Notes under the pieces: model-generated
Told to the model about the DNA's origin: nothing
Database searches by the model: none
What the model saw: the letters and a program-made list of their open reading frames with translations, nothing else
Shown: piece after piece, positions 21,924-30,821 of the stretch
Position numbering within the stretch: position 1 is the stretch's first letter
Layout: every line of letters starts with the position of its first letter
From: an uncultured Clostridia bacterium
GTDB taxonomy: Bacteria > Bacillota > Clostridia > Oscillospirales > CAG-272
Direction: 5' to 3'
Length of the DNA stretch: 64,000 nt
NCBI GenBank assembly: GCA_937902275.1
Contig: CALFNW010000013.1
Coordinates: forward strand, 5,782-69,781
Made by a program: the position numbers and the translations under genes

Positions 21924-23852
21924 ATGAACATCAGAATCAACGAAACAGTGCTGAATCTTCCCGAAGAAGCAACCGCTTACGATGCGCTCAAGGAAGCCGG
22001 GCTCATCACCCGCGAGGTGCTCGCGGCAAGTGTCAACGGCAAGACCCGTGACCTTACATGCGGGCTTAACGAGAACGATACCGTAGCTCCGCTGACATTT
22101 GCGGACGACGAAGGCAGACACGTGTTCTTCCACACCGCTTCACACATTCTCGCTTGCGCAGTCAAGCGTCTTTTCCCGGAAGCCAAGCTCACGATCGGAC
22201 CTGCGATCGACGACGGCTTCTATTATGATTTTGACAGCGATATTACCTTTAATCCCGATAATCTCGCAAAGCTCGAAGCCGAAATGAAAAAAATAGTCAA
22301 GGATAACCTCAGACTCGAACGCTTTACACTGCCGCGTGACGAGGCAAAAAAGCTTATGGAAGACGCCGGCGAGCCTTACAAAGTACTGCTTATAGACCGC
22401 GTTCCCGAGGGCGAGGAGATCTCATTCTACAAAATGGGCGAGTTTACCGATCTTTGCGCCGGACCGCATCTGTTCTCGACCGGAGCTGTCAAGGCTTTCA
22501 AGCTTACTCAATGTACCGGTGCATATTGGGAGGGCAAGAGCGATAATAAAATGCTCCAGCGTGTGTACGGCACGGCTTTCCCGACCAAAGAGGAGCTGAA
22601 AGAGCACCTTGACCGTCTGGAAGAAGCCAAAAAGCGCGACCACAACAAGCTCGGACGCGAGCTTGAGCTTTTCACGACCGTCGATATTATCGGTCAGGGA
22701 CTCCCGATCATGCTGCCGAAGGGCGCGCGCATGATCCAGATACTTCAGCGTTTTGTCGAAGATACCGAGCAAAGACGCGGCTGGCTTTTGACAAAAACGC
22801 CGTTCATGGCAAAATCCGACCTCTACAAGCTGTCGGGACATTGGGATCATTACCTCGACGGTATGTTCGTACTCGGCGATCCCGAAAAGGACAAGGAAGT
22901 GTTCGCACTGCGTCCGATGACCTGTCCCTTCCAATACCAGGCATACCTCAACAAGGGTCGCTCATACCGCGACCTGCCGCTCAGATATAATGAGACCTCC
23001 ACGCTCTTCCGCAATGAAGCCTCGGGCGAAATGCACGGTCTTATCCGCGTAAGACAGTTCACGATCTCGGAGGGACATCTCATGTGTACTCCCGAACAGC
23101 TCGAAAACGAATTCCGCGGCTGTCTGGAGCTTGCAATCTACTTCCTCAAAACACTCGGACTTTATGAGGACGTAAGCTACCGCTTCTCTCAGTGGGACCC
23201 GAACGACCGCGAAAAGTATATCGGAACACCCGAGCAGTGGGACGAAGCTCAAAGCACCATGAAGACCATACTTGACGATCTCGGCATAAACTATAAGATC
23301 GGCGTCGGAGAAGCCGCTTTCTACGGTCCGAAGCTCGACATTCAGATCAAAAATGTTTTCGGTAAGGAAGACACGCTTGTAACTATCCAGATAGACCAAC
23401 TGCTTTCCGAAAAATTCGGCATGGAATATACCGACCGCGACGGCGTGAAGAAGCATCCTTATATCATTCATCGCACCTCGCTCGGCTGCTACGAGCGCAC
23501 GCTCGCACTGCTCATCGAAAAATACGCCGGTGCTTTCCCGACCTGGCTTGCACCCGTGCAGGTCAAATTATTGCCGATAGGCGAAGAACAGCATAAGTAC
23601 GCGGAAGCGATCAGCGAACGCATGAAAGATCTCGGCATACGCGTTGAGCTTGACGAGCGCAACGAAAAGATCGGATACAAGATCCGCAGTGCGCAGATGG
23701 AAAAAGTACCGTATATGCTGATAATCGGTGAAAAGGAAATGGCGGCAAACACCGTTTCGGTCAGGACCCGTAAGGGCGACGAGACCGGCGCGGTCGGAGT
23801 CGATGACTTCATCCGCGATATTCTCGCGGAGATCGCCGAAAAGCGCAGATAA
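21924..23852 (+). CDS. thrS: Threonine--tRNA ligase
   Basis: TGS, editing, class II core (FRNE.SG..HGL.RVR.F) and anticodon-binding domains are present. The SD GGAGGT lies upstream of the ATG at 21924. Confidence 0.95.
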   Translation: MNIRINETVLNLPEEATAYDALKEAGLITREVLAASVNGKTRDLTCGLNENDTVAPLTFADDEGRHVFFHTASHILACAVKRLFPEAKLTIGPAIDDGFYYDFDSDITFNPDNLAKLEAEMKKIVKDNLRLERFTLPRDEAKKLMEDAGEPYKVLLIDRVPEGEEISFYKMGEFTDLCAGPHLFSTGAVKAFKLTQCTGAYWEGKSDNKMLQRVYGTAFPTKEELKEHLDRLEEAKKRDHNKLGRELELFTTVDIIGQGLPIMLPKGARMIQILQRFVEDTEQRRGWLLTKTPFMAKSDLYKLSGHWDHYLDGMFVLGDPEKDKEVFALRPMTCPFQYQAYLNKGRSYRDLPLRYNETSTLFRNEASGEMHGLIRVRQFTISEGHLMCTPEQLENEFRGCLELAIYFLKTLGLYEDVSYRFSQWDPNDREKYIGTPEQWDEAQSTMKTILDDLGINYKIGVGEAAFYGPKLDIQIKNVFGKEDTLVTIQIDQLLSEKFGMEYTDRDGVKKHPYIIHRTSLGCYERTLALLIEKYAGAFPTWLAPVQVKLLPIGEEQHKYAEAISERMKDLGIRVELDERNEKIGYKIRSAQMEKVPYMLIIGEKEMAANTVSVRTRKGDETGAVGVDDFIRDILAEIAEKRR

Positions 23853-23860
23853 CAAACCGT

Positions 23861-23901
23861 AAAAATGCCTGTCGGGTAAAATGCACCCGACAGGCATTTT
23901 T
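23861..23901. terminator. Bidirectional intrinsic terminator
   Basis: AAAAATGCCTGTCGGGT pairs with ACCCGACAGGCATTTTT, between convergent genes. Confidence 0.8.
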
Positions 23902-23984
23902 GAAATTATATTTTAATCGCTTTTGCCTGAATGAGTTTGAGCTTTGACCTGATCTGCCAATGTATTATTATCGGAAATACAGTA

Positions 23985-26231
23985 TTATCCCTCAGCCATT
24001 TCACGCTGAGCGGTAACAAGTCGGTAATAAATACCGCGTTTTTTCATAAGCTCCTCGTGCGTACCCGATTCGGCGATCGCGCCGCCGTCAATAACGATCA
24101 GCCGGGTAGCGTTTCTGAGCGTAGAGAGCCGATGCGCTATCGCAAAGGCAGTGCGGTTCGCTGTCAGCTTTGCAAGCGCGTCCTGAACGCGGCGTTCGGT
24201 TTCAGTGTCAAGCGCCGCCGTAGCTTCGTCAAGCAAAAGTATCTTCGGGTCGCGTAACAAGGCACGTGCGATCGCGATACGCTGACGTTCGCCGCCCGAG
24301 AGGGTATATCCGCGCTCGCCGATGCGCGTATTGTACGCATCAGGAAGCTTCATAATAAACCCATGCGCCCCCGCCGCCTTTGACGCGGCGATCACCTCGT
24401 CATAACCTGCCGAAGCGTTGGCATATGCAATATTATCGTATATAGAACCGGCAAAAAGGAAGGTCTCCTGAAGCACCGCTCCCATTTGCGAGCGCAGTGA
24501 TTCCTGCGAATAGTCCCGCAGATCTCGCCCGTCGATCTTCACACATCCGGAAGTCGGGTCAAACATCCGCATGACCAAATTGATAAGCGTGCTTTTACCG
24601 GCGCCCGAGCGTCCGACAATTCCGATCATCTCGCCCGGTTCAACCTCAAGATCAATGCCGTTAAGCACGTTCTTGCTGTCATCGTAGCCGAAGCTCAGCT
24701 TCTCAAAGGTGACTCTGCCCTCTATCGGAACTTTTACGGCTCCGGGTCTGTCGGTCACTGCCGCATCATCGTCAAGCACCTCAAACACTCTGGAAAGCGA
24801 TCCTAAAAAGTTCACAAGCAGGCGCGGAAGCCGCGACAGCGCACTTATAGGCGCATATATCATACCGGTATACGCCGAAAACTGCGCCATTTCTCCGAAA
24901 GTCATACTGCCGTCGAGAATATGCTCGCCGACAAAATACAGCAGGAAAAACTGCCCGATCCCCATAAGCATAAACAACGGGTTCATCGTGAGCGCCCAAT
25001 GCACATCATTATCAAAGGTAGCCGTTTTGTCAGCCCTTGACGCCTTGTCATAGCGCTCGGACTCGTTCTTTTCACTGCCGTAGGACTTGACCACGCGAAT
25101 ACCCGAATAAATATCATGCAATACGCTGTTCATCAAAGAGCGACAGCCCCACTCACGCATCCAAAGTCTGCGAAACATTCCGCGAAGCAGATAAAACAAA
25201 AACGCAATGATCGGAACGGGCGCAAGTATCAAAAATGCCAGCCTGACGTTGTACATGAAAATTATCAGTGAAGCGGCAATAAGCACGGTAAATTGCTCGA
25301 TATAATTCGGAAGATGCACTGTAAAATGCCGATGCAGCTGCGGCACATCGCGCGTCATTCGGTTGTACAGATCGCCCTGCGAGTATTTGGAAACGTCCGA
25401 AACCGAAAGCGATTCTATCTTGTCAAACACCAGAGTGCGCAGTCGGTCCACAAGACCCGCGCCCCCCTTTGCGGTCAGATAATTCCTTACAAAAGCAAGC
25501 AGGGTATTGACTAAATATACGCCGATCATCGAAAGCAGTACAAGCGCAAAGCCCGAATATGAAATATCGCTCCTGCCGCTTTTTATGTAATCGTCAACAA
25601 GTATGCGGTTTATTACCGGCGTGACAAGCGACATCCCGGCAGTGGCAAAAAGTATCAGCACCGAGCCTATCACATACCATCTGTATTCTCCGGCTATGCC
25701 GAAAAAGCGAAGCGCAAGTTTTAGCGGCTGAGAACACTTCCTGCAGCGCGTCTCTCCGGGGGGCAACTCGCCGCCGCAATGCGGACAGCGCCGCAGCTCC
25801 CGCAAATACGCTGAAGGATGCCCGCTTCCATTTTCAGGTGTACTTACATCGGTTTTGTCCCCGCCGTAAAGCGGCGTGAGCATATGCATTGCGTCGGAAT
25901 ACATTAGTTTATCGCGCATATCCGAGCCGAAAAGCCGCGTAGGTTTGCCGTCACAAAGACATTCAATATATACACAGCCGTTTTCCGAATCGAGCGTCGG
26001 CTTGCTCACACGTTCATTTGCGATTTCAAGCGTGCGTTGACCGTCATAGACTACAATACGATCGTCAAAAAACGCGGCTATTCCGTCATGAGGAAACGTA
26101 AACGGACAAATAAATTTTAACTTTTCCTCCGAAGCGTCGAAATCCCCGATCACCGATGCAAGCCGTTTCACAAGCTCATCGCGATCATGCCGTTTATCGT
26201 CCTTCATACGCCGTTTCTTAAAATATTTCAT
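23985..26231 (-). CDS. ABC exporter (permease/ATPase fusion) with an N-terminal cytosolic domain of about 170 aa plus a zinc ribbon
   Basis: The C-terminal 580 aa form a typical type-I exporter (GRSGAGKST, LSGGERQR, ILLLDEATAALD). The N-terminus has a soluble domain followed by CPHCGGELPPGETRCRKC immediately before the first transmembrane helix (TM1). Confidence 0.85.
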   Translation of the reverse strand: MKYFKKRRMKDDKRHDRDELVKRLASVIGDFDASEEKLKFICPFTFPHDGIAAFFDDRIVVYDGQRTLEIANERVSKPTLDSENGCVYIECLCDGKPTRLFGSDMRDKLMYSDAMHMLTPLYGGDKTDVSTPENGSGHPSAYLRELRRCPHCGGELPPGETRCRKCSQPLKLALRFFGIAGEYRWYVIGSVLILFATAGMSLVTPVINRILVDDYIKSGRSDISYSGFALVLLSMIGVYLVNTLLAFVRNYLTAKGGAGLVDRLRTLVFDKIESLSVSDVSKYSQGDLYNRMTRDVPQLHRHFTVHLPNYIEQFTVLIAASLIIFMYNVRLAFLILAPVPIIAFLFYLLRGMFRRLWMREWGCRSLMNSVLHDIYSGIRVVKSYGSEKNESERYDKASRADKTATFDNDVHWALTMNPLFMLMGIGQFFLLYFVGEHILDGSMTFGEMAQFSAYTGMIYAPISALSRLPRLLVNFLGSLSRVFEVLDDDAAVTDRPGAVKVPIEGRVTFEKLSFGYDDSKNVLNGIDLEVEPGEMIGIVGRSGAGKSTLINLVMRMFDPTSGCVKIDGRDLRDYSQESLRSQMGAVLQETFLFAGSIYDNIAYANASAGYDEVIAASKAAGAHGFIMKLPDAYNTRIGERGYTLSGGERQRIAIARALLRDPKILLLDEATAALDTETERRVQDALAKLTANRTAFAIAHRLSTLRNATRLIVIDGGAIAESGTHEELMKKRGIYYRLVTAQREMAEG

Positions 26232-26240
26232 CCGACCGCC

Positions 26241-26786
26241 TCACAGATACATATCAATTTTCTTACGGCTCTTTTTGTCAAGCGCCGCAAGCGATCTTAT
26301 CATGCAGCGATTCTGGTCGTTGTCAAATATCAGCATCCGATCTCCGTTTATCTTTACCATGCACTTGTACGGATCCTTGAGCGTAAGCTCTCGCACCTTA
26401 CCGTCGATCACGACTTTAAGGTAGGTATATCCCATTCGCTCGCGCATTGAAATTATACGTTCGATCTCAGGGCAGTAGTAGACCCGAGCAAGCTCATCTG
26501 CCACAAGCTTTTGCTCATGTTCGGGAAAATCCGCAAGCTTTTCGACAAGTCCGATCTCAAATCCGTCGGGATCCTGAACCGAAATATATTCGTCGGCAAG
26601 CGAAAACGGAAAAGCGCGGCGCAGGCGCACGCGATCGTAATGCGAAACTCTCACCGGATCAAGCTCGCTTTCGCGCAGTTTATCGGGATCTGCCTTGAAA
26701 TCCAGCGCGAGAAAATCTCCGTTTGACGAAAATTCGGCAATTTCGGGTGTAAGGTAAAGTATGCCGTTGTTAAGTTTGATATTCAT
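26241..26786 (-). CDS. DUF1854 family protein
   Basis: The pattern AFPFS...EYISV....G.EIG.......P......L...ELARVYYCPEI..I.......GY.YL.V..DG..R.......D....I...R.LI.D.D.NR..I......LD..S matches my recollection of DUF1854. It is sandwiched between, and translationally coupled to, two ABC exporter genes. Confidence 0.7.
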   Translation of the reverse strand: MNIKLNNGILYLTPEIAEFSSNGDFLALDFKADPDKLRESELDPVRVSHYDRVRLRRAFPFSLADEYISVQDPDGFEIGLVEKLADFPEHEQKLVADELARVYYCPEIERIISMRERMGYTYLKVVIDGKVRELTLKDPYKCMVKINGDRMLIFDNDQNRCMIRSLAALDKKSRKKIDMYL

Positions 26787-29110
26787 TATCTCCCACTCCC
26801 TTTTTCGCTTCCCTGCGCACCGTCTTGCGCATCACTGCCGTCACTCAATATATTTTTCATTGCTTCAAGCTGAAGCGTGCACAGCTTACGATATATTCCG
26901 TTTTCTTTTTCCATAAGTTCCGAATGAGTGCCGTATTCCGCTACCCTGCCGTCTTCGATCACAAGCAGCTTGTCGGCATCCTTGAGCGTGGAAAGTCTGT
27001 GAGCTATCATGATCGTGGTAAGATCGCCCGAAAGCTTTGAGATCGCACGGCTTATCCGCTGTTCGGTAACCGTGTCCATCGCCGCTGTGGCTTCGTCAAG
27101 AATAAGTATCCGCGGTCGGCGCAAAAGTGCGCGCGCAATTGATATCCGCTGAAGCTCGCCGCCCGAGAGCGCGCGGCTTCCGAAGCCGATCTTGGTCTCG
27201 TATCCGTCTGGCAGTTTCATAATAAAGTCGTGCGCTCCCGATTCGCACGAAGCCTTGATCACGTCCGCGTAGGTCGCCCCCTCCACGGCGTATGCGATAT
27301 TTTCAAAAACCGTACCCGAAAACACGTAGGTCTCCTGCGATACCACCGCGATATTGCGCCTGATATCCTCAAACGCCAGCTCGCGCACATCAATACCGTC
27401 AAGCTTTATACTTCCTCCCGAAACATCATAAAGTCTGACAAGCAGATTGACGATAGTCGATTTTCCCGAGCCTGTGTGCCCTACAATACCGAGCGTGCTT
27501 CCGGCAGGCACCTTAAAGGAGACCGAATCAAGCGTGCGCTTGGACTTTGTATACGAAAAATCCACGTTTGAAAACTCAATATCACCGCGCAGTTCGCCTT
27601 TTATATGTATCGGATTCGGTTTTTCCGAAACATCGGGATGCGCGTCAAGTATTTCAAACAGTCTCGAAGCGGCGCTTGAGCACTCGCCGAGTCCCGAAAT
27701 GCTCCGTATTATCCGATCAAGCGGCTCGTAGACCATTCCGATATATGCAATAAAAGTAAGAAAATCACCGTAGCTCAGCTCTCCGCGAAATACTCTGATT
27801 CCGCCGAGCGCCCAGACTCCGAAAAGTCCGATATTGAGCAGGATCGCCGCACACGGGAACATTATATTGTCAAACATAGTCGTGCGGTAAAAAATATCCG
27901 ATTGCGCAAAGCTCAGCTTCCCGAAGCGCCGGCTTTCCTCGCTTTCCTTCGCAAACGCCTTGACCACCCGTATTCCCGAAAGAATGTCGCTGACCTTTGC
28001 GGTAACCGCGCGGCGTTTGATATAGTGCTCAAGATCTTTCCGTCTGTGCCACGAGAATATGTACTTCATGATCACCACATAGACCGGTACAAAGGATACC
28101 GCCACAAGCGAAAGCAGCGGGTCCATCATAATCATGATCACGCACATAACTATTATTTTTACTATATCAATGATCAGCCAAGGTATGATCTCTCCGAAAT
28201 AGCGGTAAATGGTCTCCGAATCGTTCTCAAGCTGAAGCATGAGTCCGCCCGTGCGGCTTGAAGTGAAAAAGCTAAGCGAAAGTCGGTTTATAGATTCAAA
28301 CAGCGTTTTTTTAAGATCGTATTTCAGCTCTGTGGCGATCTTAGAGGTAGTGATATCATTGATCACCGAAGCAATCAGATCGGCAAGCTTGATCGCACCT
28401 ATAATTATAAGCACAAGCACGACCCTGCCGTAGAAGCTTCCGCCCTCGGTCAACACCTTGTCAAAGAAAAACGAGTTGCTTACATAAGGCGAAAGCACGC
28501 CGAGCGCGCTGATAAATACCATCAGCAGAAGTATTATCGCCACCTGCGGTATATAACGTTTGAAAAAGGGGATCAGGCGGGTCAGATTGCCGCGCGCGCC
28601 CGAGCAGTTCGGGCAGATCCCGCGCGGATCCGGAAAGCGTCTGCCGCATTTCGGACAATAACTTTCGGCATCAAGCGGATCTATTCCGTCAAACGCACCG
28701 CGTCTGATCTGATCGAAATAATCAAAAAAAAGCGTTATCGTTTCCTTGTATGTGTTTGTGGTGTAGCAGATAAGGTGATCGCCATGTGCGTCTCTGACCA
28801 AATAGCGTATTCCGCCCGCCGTTTCCTCCGAGTCCGATTTTACGATCGAGTCAAGCGGATAGGTCTCAAACGAATGTTCGGCAAAAGACAATTCAGCTTT
28901 CGGCGCGGAAAAGCGATGCTTTTTCAACACTTCAAGCGTCGTGCTTCCGCGAAGCACGACAAGCTCGCTTTGCGTTGCAAAAACGTAGGTCTGCTCTCCG
29001 CCTATAAGTTCGGTCACACCCACGGCAAGCAAAAATACGCTTGTGCGCAGTTTTTTATTTTTTTCAAGATACCCGAGCACCTGATCCGGTATCTTAGTAA
29101 GCATATCCAT
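26786..29110 (-). CDS. ABC exporter (permease/ATPase fusion) with an N-terminal cytosolic domain of about 190 aa plus a zinc ribbon
   Basis: Type-I exporter core (GHTGSGKST, LSGGELQR, ILILDEATAAMD). The N-terminal soluble domain ends in CPKCGRRFPDPRGICPNC (28604-28657) just before TM1. The stop overlaps the ATG of the DUF1854 gene (TAATG). Confidence 0.85.
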   Translation of the reverse strand: MDMLTKIPDQVLGYLEKNKKLRTSVFLLAVGVTELIGGEQTYVFATQSELVVLRGSTTLEVLKKHRFSAPKAELSFAEHSFETYPLDSIVKSDSEETAGGIRYLVRDAHGDHLICYTTNTYKETITLFFDYFDQIRRGAFDGIDPLDAESYCPKCGRRFPDPRGICPNCSGARGNLTRLIPFFKRYIPQVAIILLLMVFISALGVLSPYVSNSFFFDKVLTEGGSFYGRVVLVLIIIGAIKLADLIASVINDITTSKIATELKYDLKKTLFESINRLSLSFFTSSRTGGLMLQLENDSETIYRYFGEIIPWLIIDIVKIIVMCVIMIMMDPLLSLVAVSFVPVYVVIMKYIFSWHRRKDLEHYIKRRAVTAKVSDILSGIRVVKAFAKESEESRRFGKLSFAQSDIFYRTTMFDNIMFPCAAILLNIGLFGVWALGGIRVFRGELSYGDFLTFIAYIGMVYEPLDRIIRSISGLGECSSAASRLFEILDAHPDVSEKPNPIHIKGELRGDIEFSNVDFSYTKSKRTLDSVSFKVPAGSTLGIVGHTGSGKSTIVNLLVRLYDVSGGSIKLDGIDVRELAFEDIRRNIAVVSQETYVFSGTVFENIAYAVEGATYADVIKASCESGAHDFIMKLPDGYETKIGFGSRALSGGELQRISIARALLRRPRILILDEATAAMDTVTEQRISRAISKLSGDLTTIMIAHRLSTLKDADKLLVIEDGRVAEYGTHSELMEKENGIYRKLCTLQLEAMKNILSDGSDAQDGAQGSEKGSGR

Positions 29111-29282
29111 GCCGTTACCTCATAAAACACCGCAAGCGGAAATGGTTCGCCCCGACTCATTCAAACGCAAGCCGAGCGCTTTGTAAATTATACCATACTG
29201 CCATATTGCCTTTGTGAACATTATGTTAATTATATTTCTGCCGCTTGAAAGTCGGACAAGTGTGTGGTAAAATTACTGTAAA

Positions 29283-29592
29283 TCGGTTTGTAATTACCGA
29301 AAAATGATGCAACGACGGAGTCGGCAAAACGGAATGCATTATACAGAGAGTCGGACACCACGCTGAAAGCCCGATTGTGCGCCGTTACGCCTTTCGCTCC
29401 CGAGCACGCCTTGTGAAAAGCCGAGCAAGCAGTTTCGTATCTCTGCCGCAGCTCCGAGTAGTTTGGCGCGAAGATTCCGCGTTAAGGAATAACGAGTGTC
29501 CGCTTTTTTGCGGAAATCGAGGTGGTACCGCGGAAGGTACGGGTATTTCCCGCCGTTCGTCCTTGTGTTCGGACGACGGCTTTTTTATTTTT
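29283..29592 (+). promoter_or_regulatory. T-box riboswitch leader (Phe) with terminator
   Basis: A candidate promoter TTGAAA-17-TAAAAT lies at about 29246-29274. Also present are a Stem I CAGAGAGTCGGACACCACGCTGAAAGCCCG, the T-box sequence GAGGTGGTACCGCGG (29518-29532) and a terminator GCCGTTCGTCC/GGACGACGGC plus TTTTTTATTTTT. It lies upstream of pheST. Confidence 0.8.
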
Positions 29593-29630
29593 CCGCAAGA
29601 TCTTATCCCGCCAAACAGCTCCTCAGCTTT

Positions 29631-29767
29631 CAAGCCCGTAAAATTTTAAACGGTCGCCGTTTTAGAATTATCGGGTATCCCTAAGACGGCTGAAGCCGAT
29701 GCGGAAATTAACTATTGTTTTTTTTAGTCTTATTTTTTGAGTCGGCTACGCCGACATGGAGAAAATT
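29631..29767 (+). repeat. Leader repeat family, copy F, between the T-box terminator and pheS
   Basis: CAAGCCCGTAAAATTTTAAACGG...GAAATTAACTATTGTTTTTTTTAGTCTTATTTTTTGAG-GTCGGCtacGCCGAC-ATGGAGAAAATT-ATG. Same architecture as copies D and E. Confidence 0.6.
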
Positions 29768-30784
29768 ATGAAAGAAAAGCTTGAACAGATACGTCAGGCG
29801 GCAAAAGCGGCGCTTGACGATGCCGCCTGCGATGCCGAGGAGATCAGAATACGCTTCCTCGGAAAAAAAGGTGAATTAACGGCAGTCCTACGCTCAATGG
29901 GCGGACTTTCACCGGAGGAGCGCCCGATAGCAGGTCAGCTTGCAAACGAAGTCAGAACTTACATCGAAAACGCTATTGACGAAAAGAAAAAGGAGCTTCA
30001 GACACTTGCACAGGCAAAAAAGCTGAAATCCGAGCGCGTTGACGTTACGCTCCCGGCAAAAATGCCGCAGATCGGCGGCAGACACCCGCTCGCGGCAATT
30101 CAGCGCAAAATGGAAGATATATTCGTGAGCATGGGCTTCGACATCGTTGAAGGTCCCGAAGTCGAGTACGACTATTACAACTTCCAAGCGCTCAATATCC
30201 CCGAAAATCACCCGGCGCGCGACACGCAGGACACTTTCTATATTACCGACAACATTCTGCTCCGCTCGCAGACCTCGCCCGTTCAGGTGCGCACAATGGA
30301 AAAGCAGAAGCCGCCGATCCGCATAATCTCTCCGGGCAGAGTTTATCGTTCGGACGCCGTTGACGCAACACACTCGCCTATGTTCCATCAGCTTGAAGGA
30401 CTCGTGGTAGACCGCGGCATCACAATGGGAGATTTAAAAGGTACGCTTGCCACTTTCGCCAAAACCATGTTCGGCGAAGACACCAAGATTCGTTTCCGTC
30501 CTCATCACTTCCCGTTCACCGAACCGTCCGCCGAAGTTGACGTTTCCTGCTTCGTCTGCGGCGGCAAGGGTTGCCGCCTTTGCAAAGGAGAAGGCTGGAT
30601 CGAGATCCTCGGTGCCGGAATGGTCCACCCGAACGTACTGCGCGGTTGCAACATAGATCCCGATGAATACAGCGGCTTTGCTTTCGGAATGGGGATCGAA
30701 CGTATCGTAATGATCAAATACAACATTGACGATATGCGTTATCTGTACGAAAACGATATTCGCTTCTTGCGTCAGTTCGACTGA
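29768..30784 (+). CDS. pheS: Phenylalanine--tRNA ligase alpha subunit
   Basis: HP......DTFY, SPVQ.R.M, R.D..DATH...FHQ.EG and F.FTEPS motifs. The ATG at 29768 has a GGAG 7 nt upstream. An in-frame ATG at 29756 is an alternative start. Confidence 0.95.
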   Translation: MKEKLEQIRQAAKAALDDAACDAEEIRIRFLGKKGELTAVLRSMGGLSPEERPIAGQLANEVRTYIENAIDEKKKELQTLAQAKKLKSERVDVTLPAKMPQIGGRHPLAAIQRKMEDIFVSMGFDIVEGPEVEYDYYNFQALNIPENHPARDTQDTFYITDNILLRSQTSPVQVRTMEKQKPPIRIISPGRVYRSDAVDATHSPMFHQLEGLVVDRGITMGDLKGTLATFAKTMFGEDTKIRFRPHHFPFTEPSAEVDVSCFVCGGKGCRLCKGEGWIEILGAGMVHPNVLRGCNIDPDEYSGFAFGMGIERIVMIKYNIDDMRYLYENDIRFLRQFD

Positions 30785-30821
30785 TATAAAATAAATGAAC
30801 ATAACCGATGGGAGATAAATA

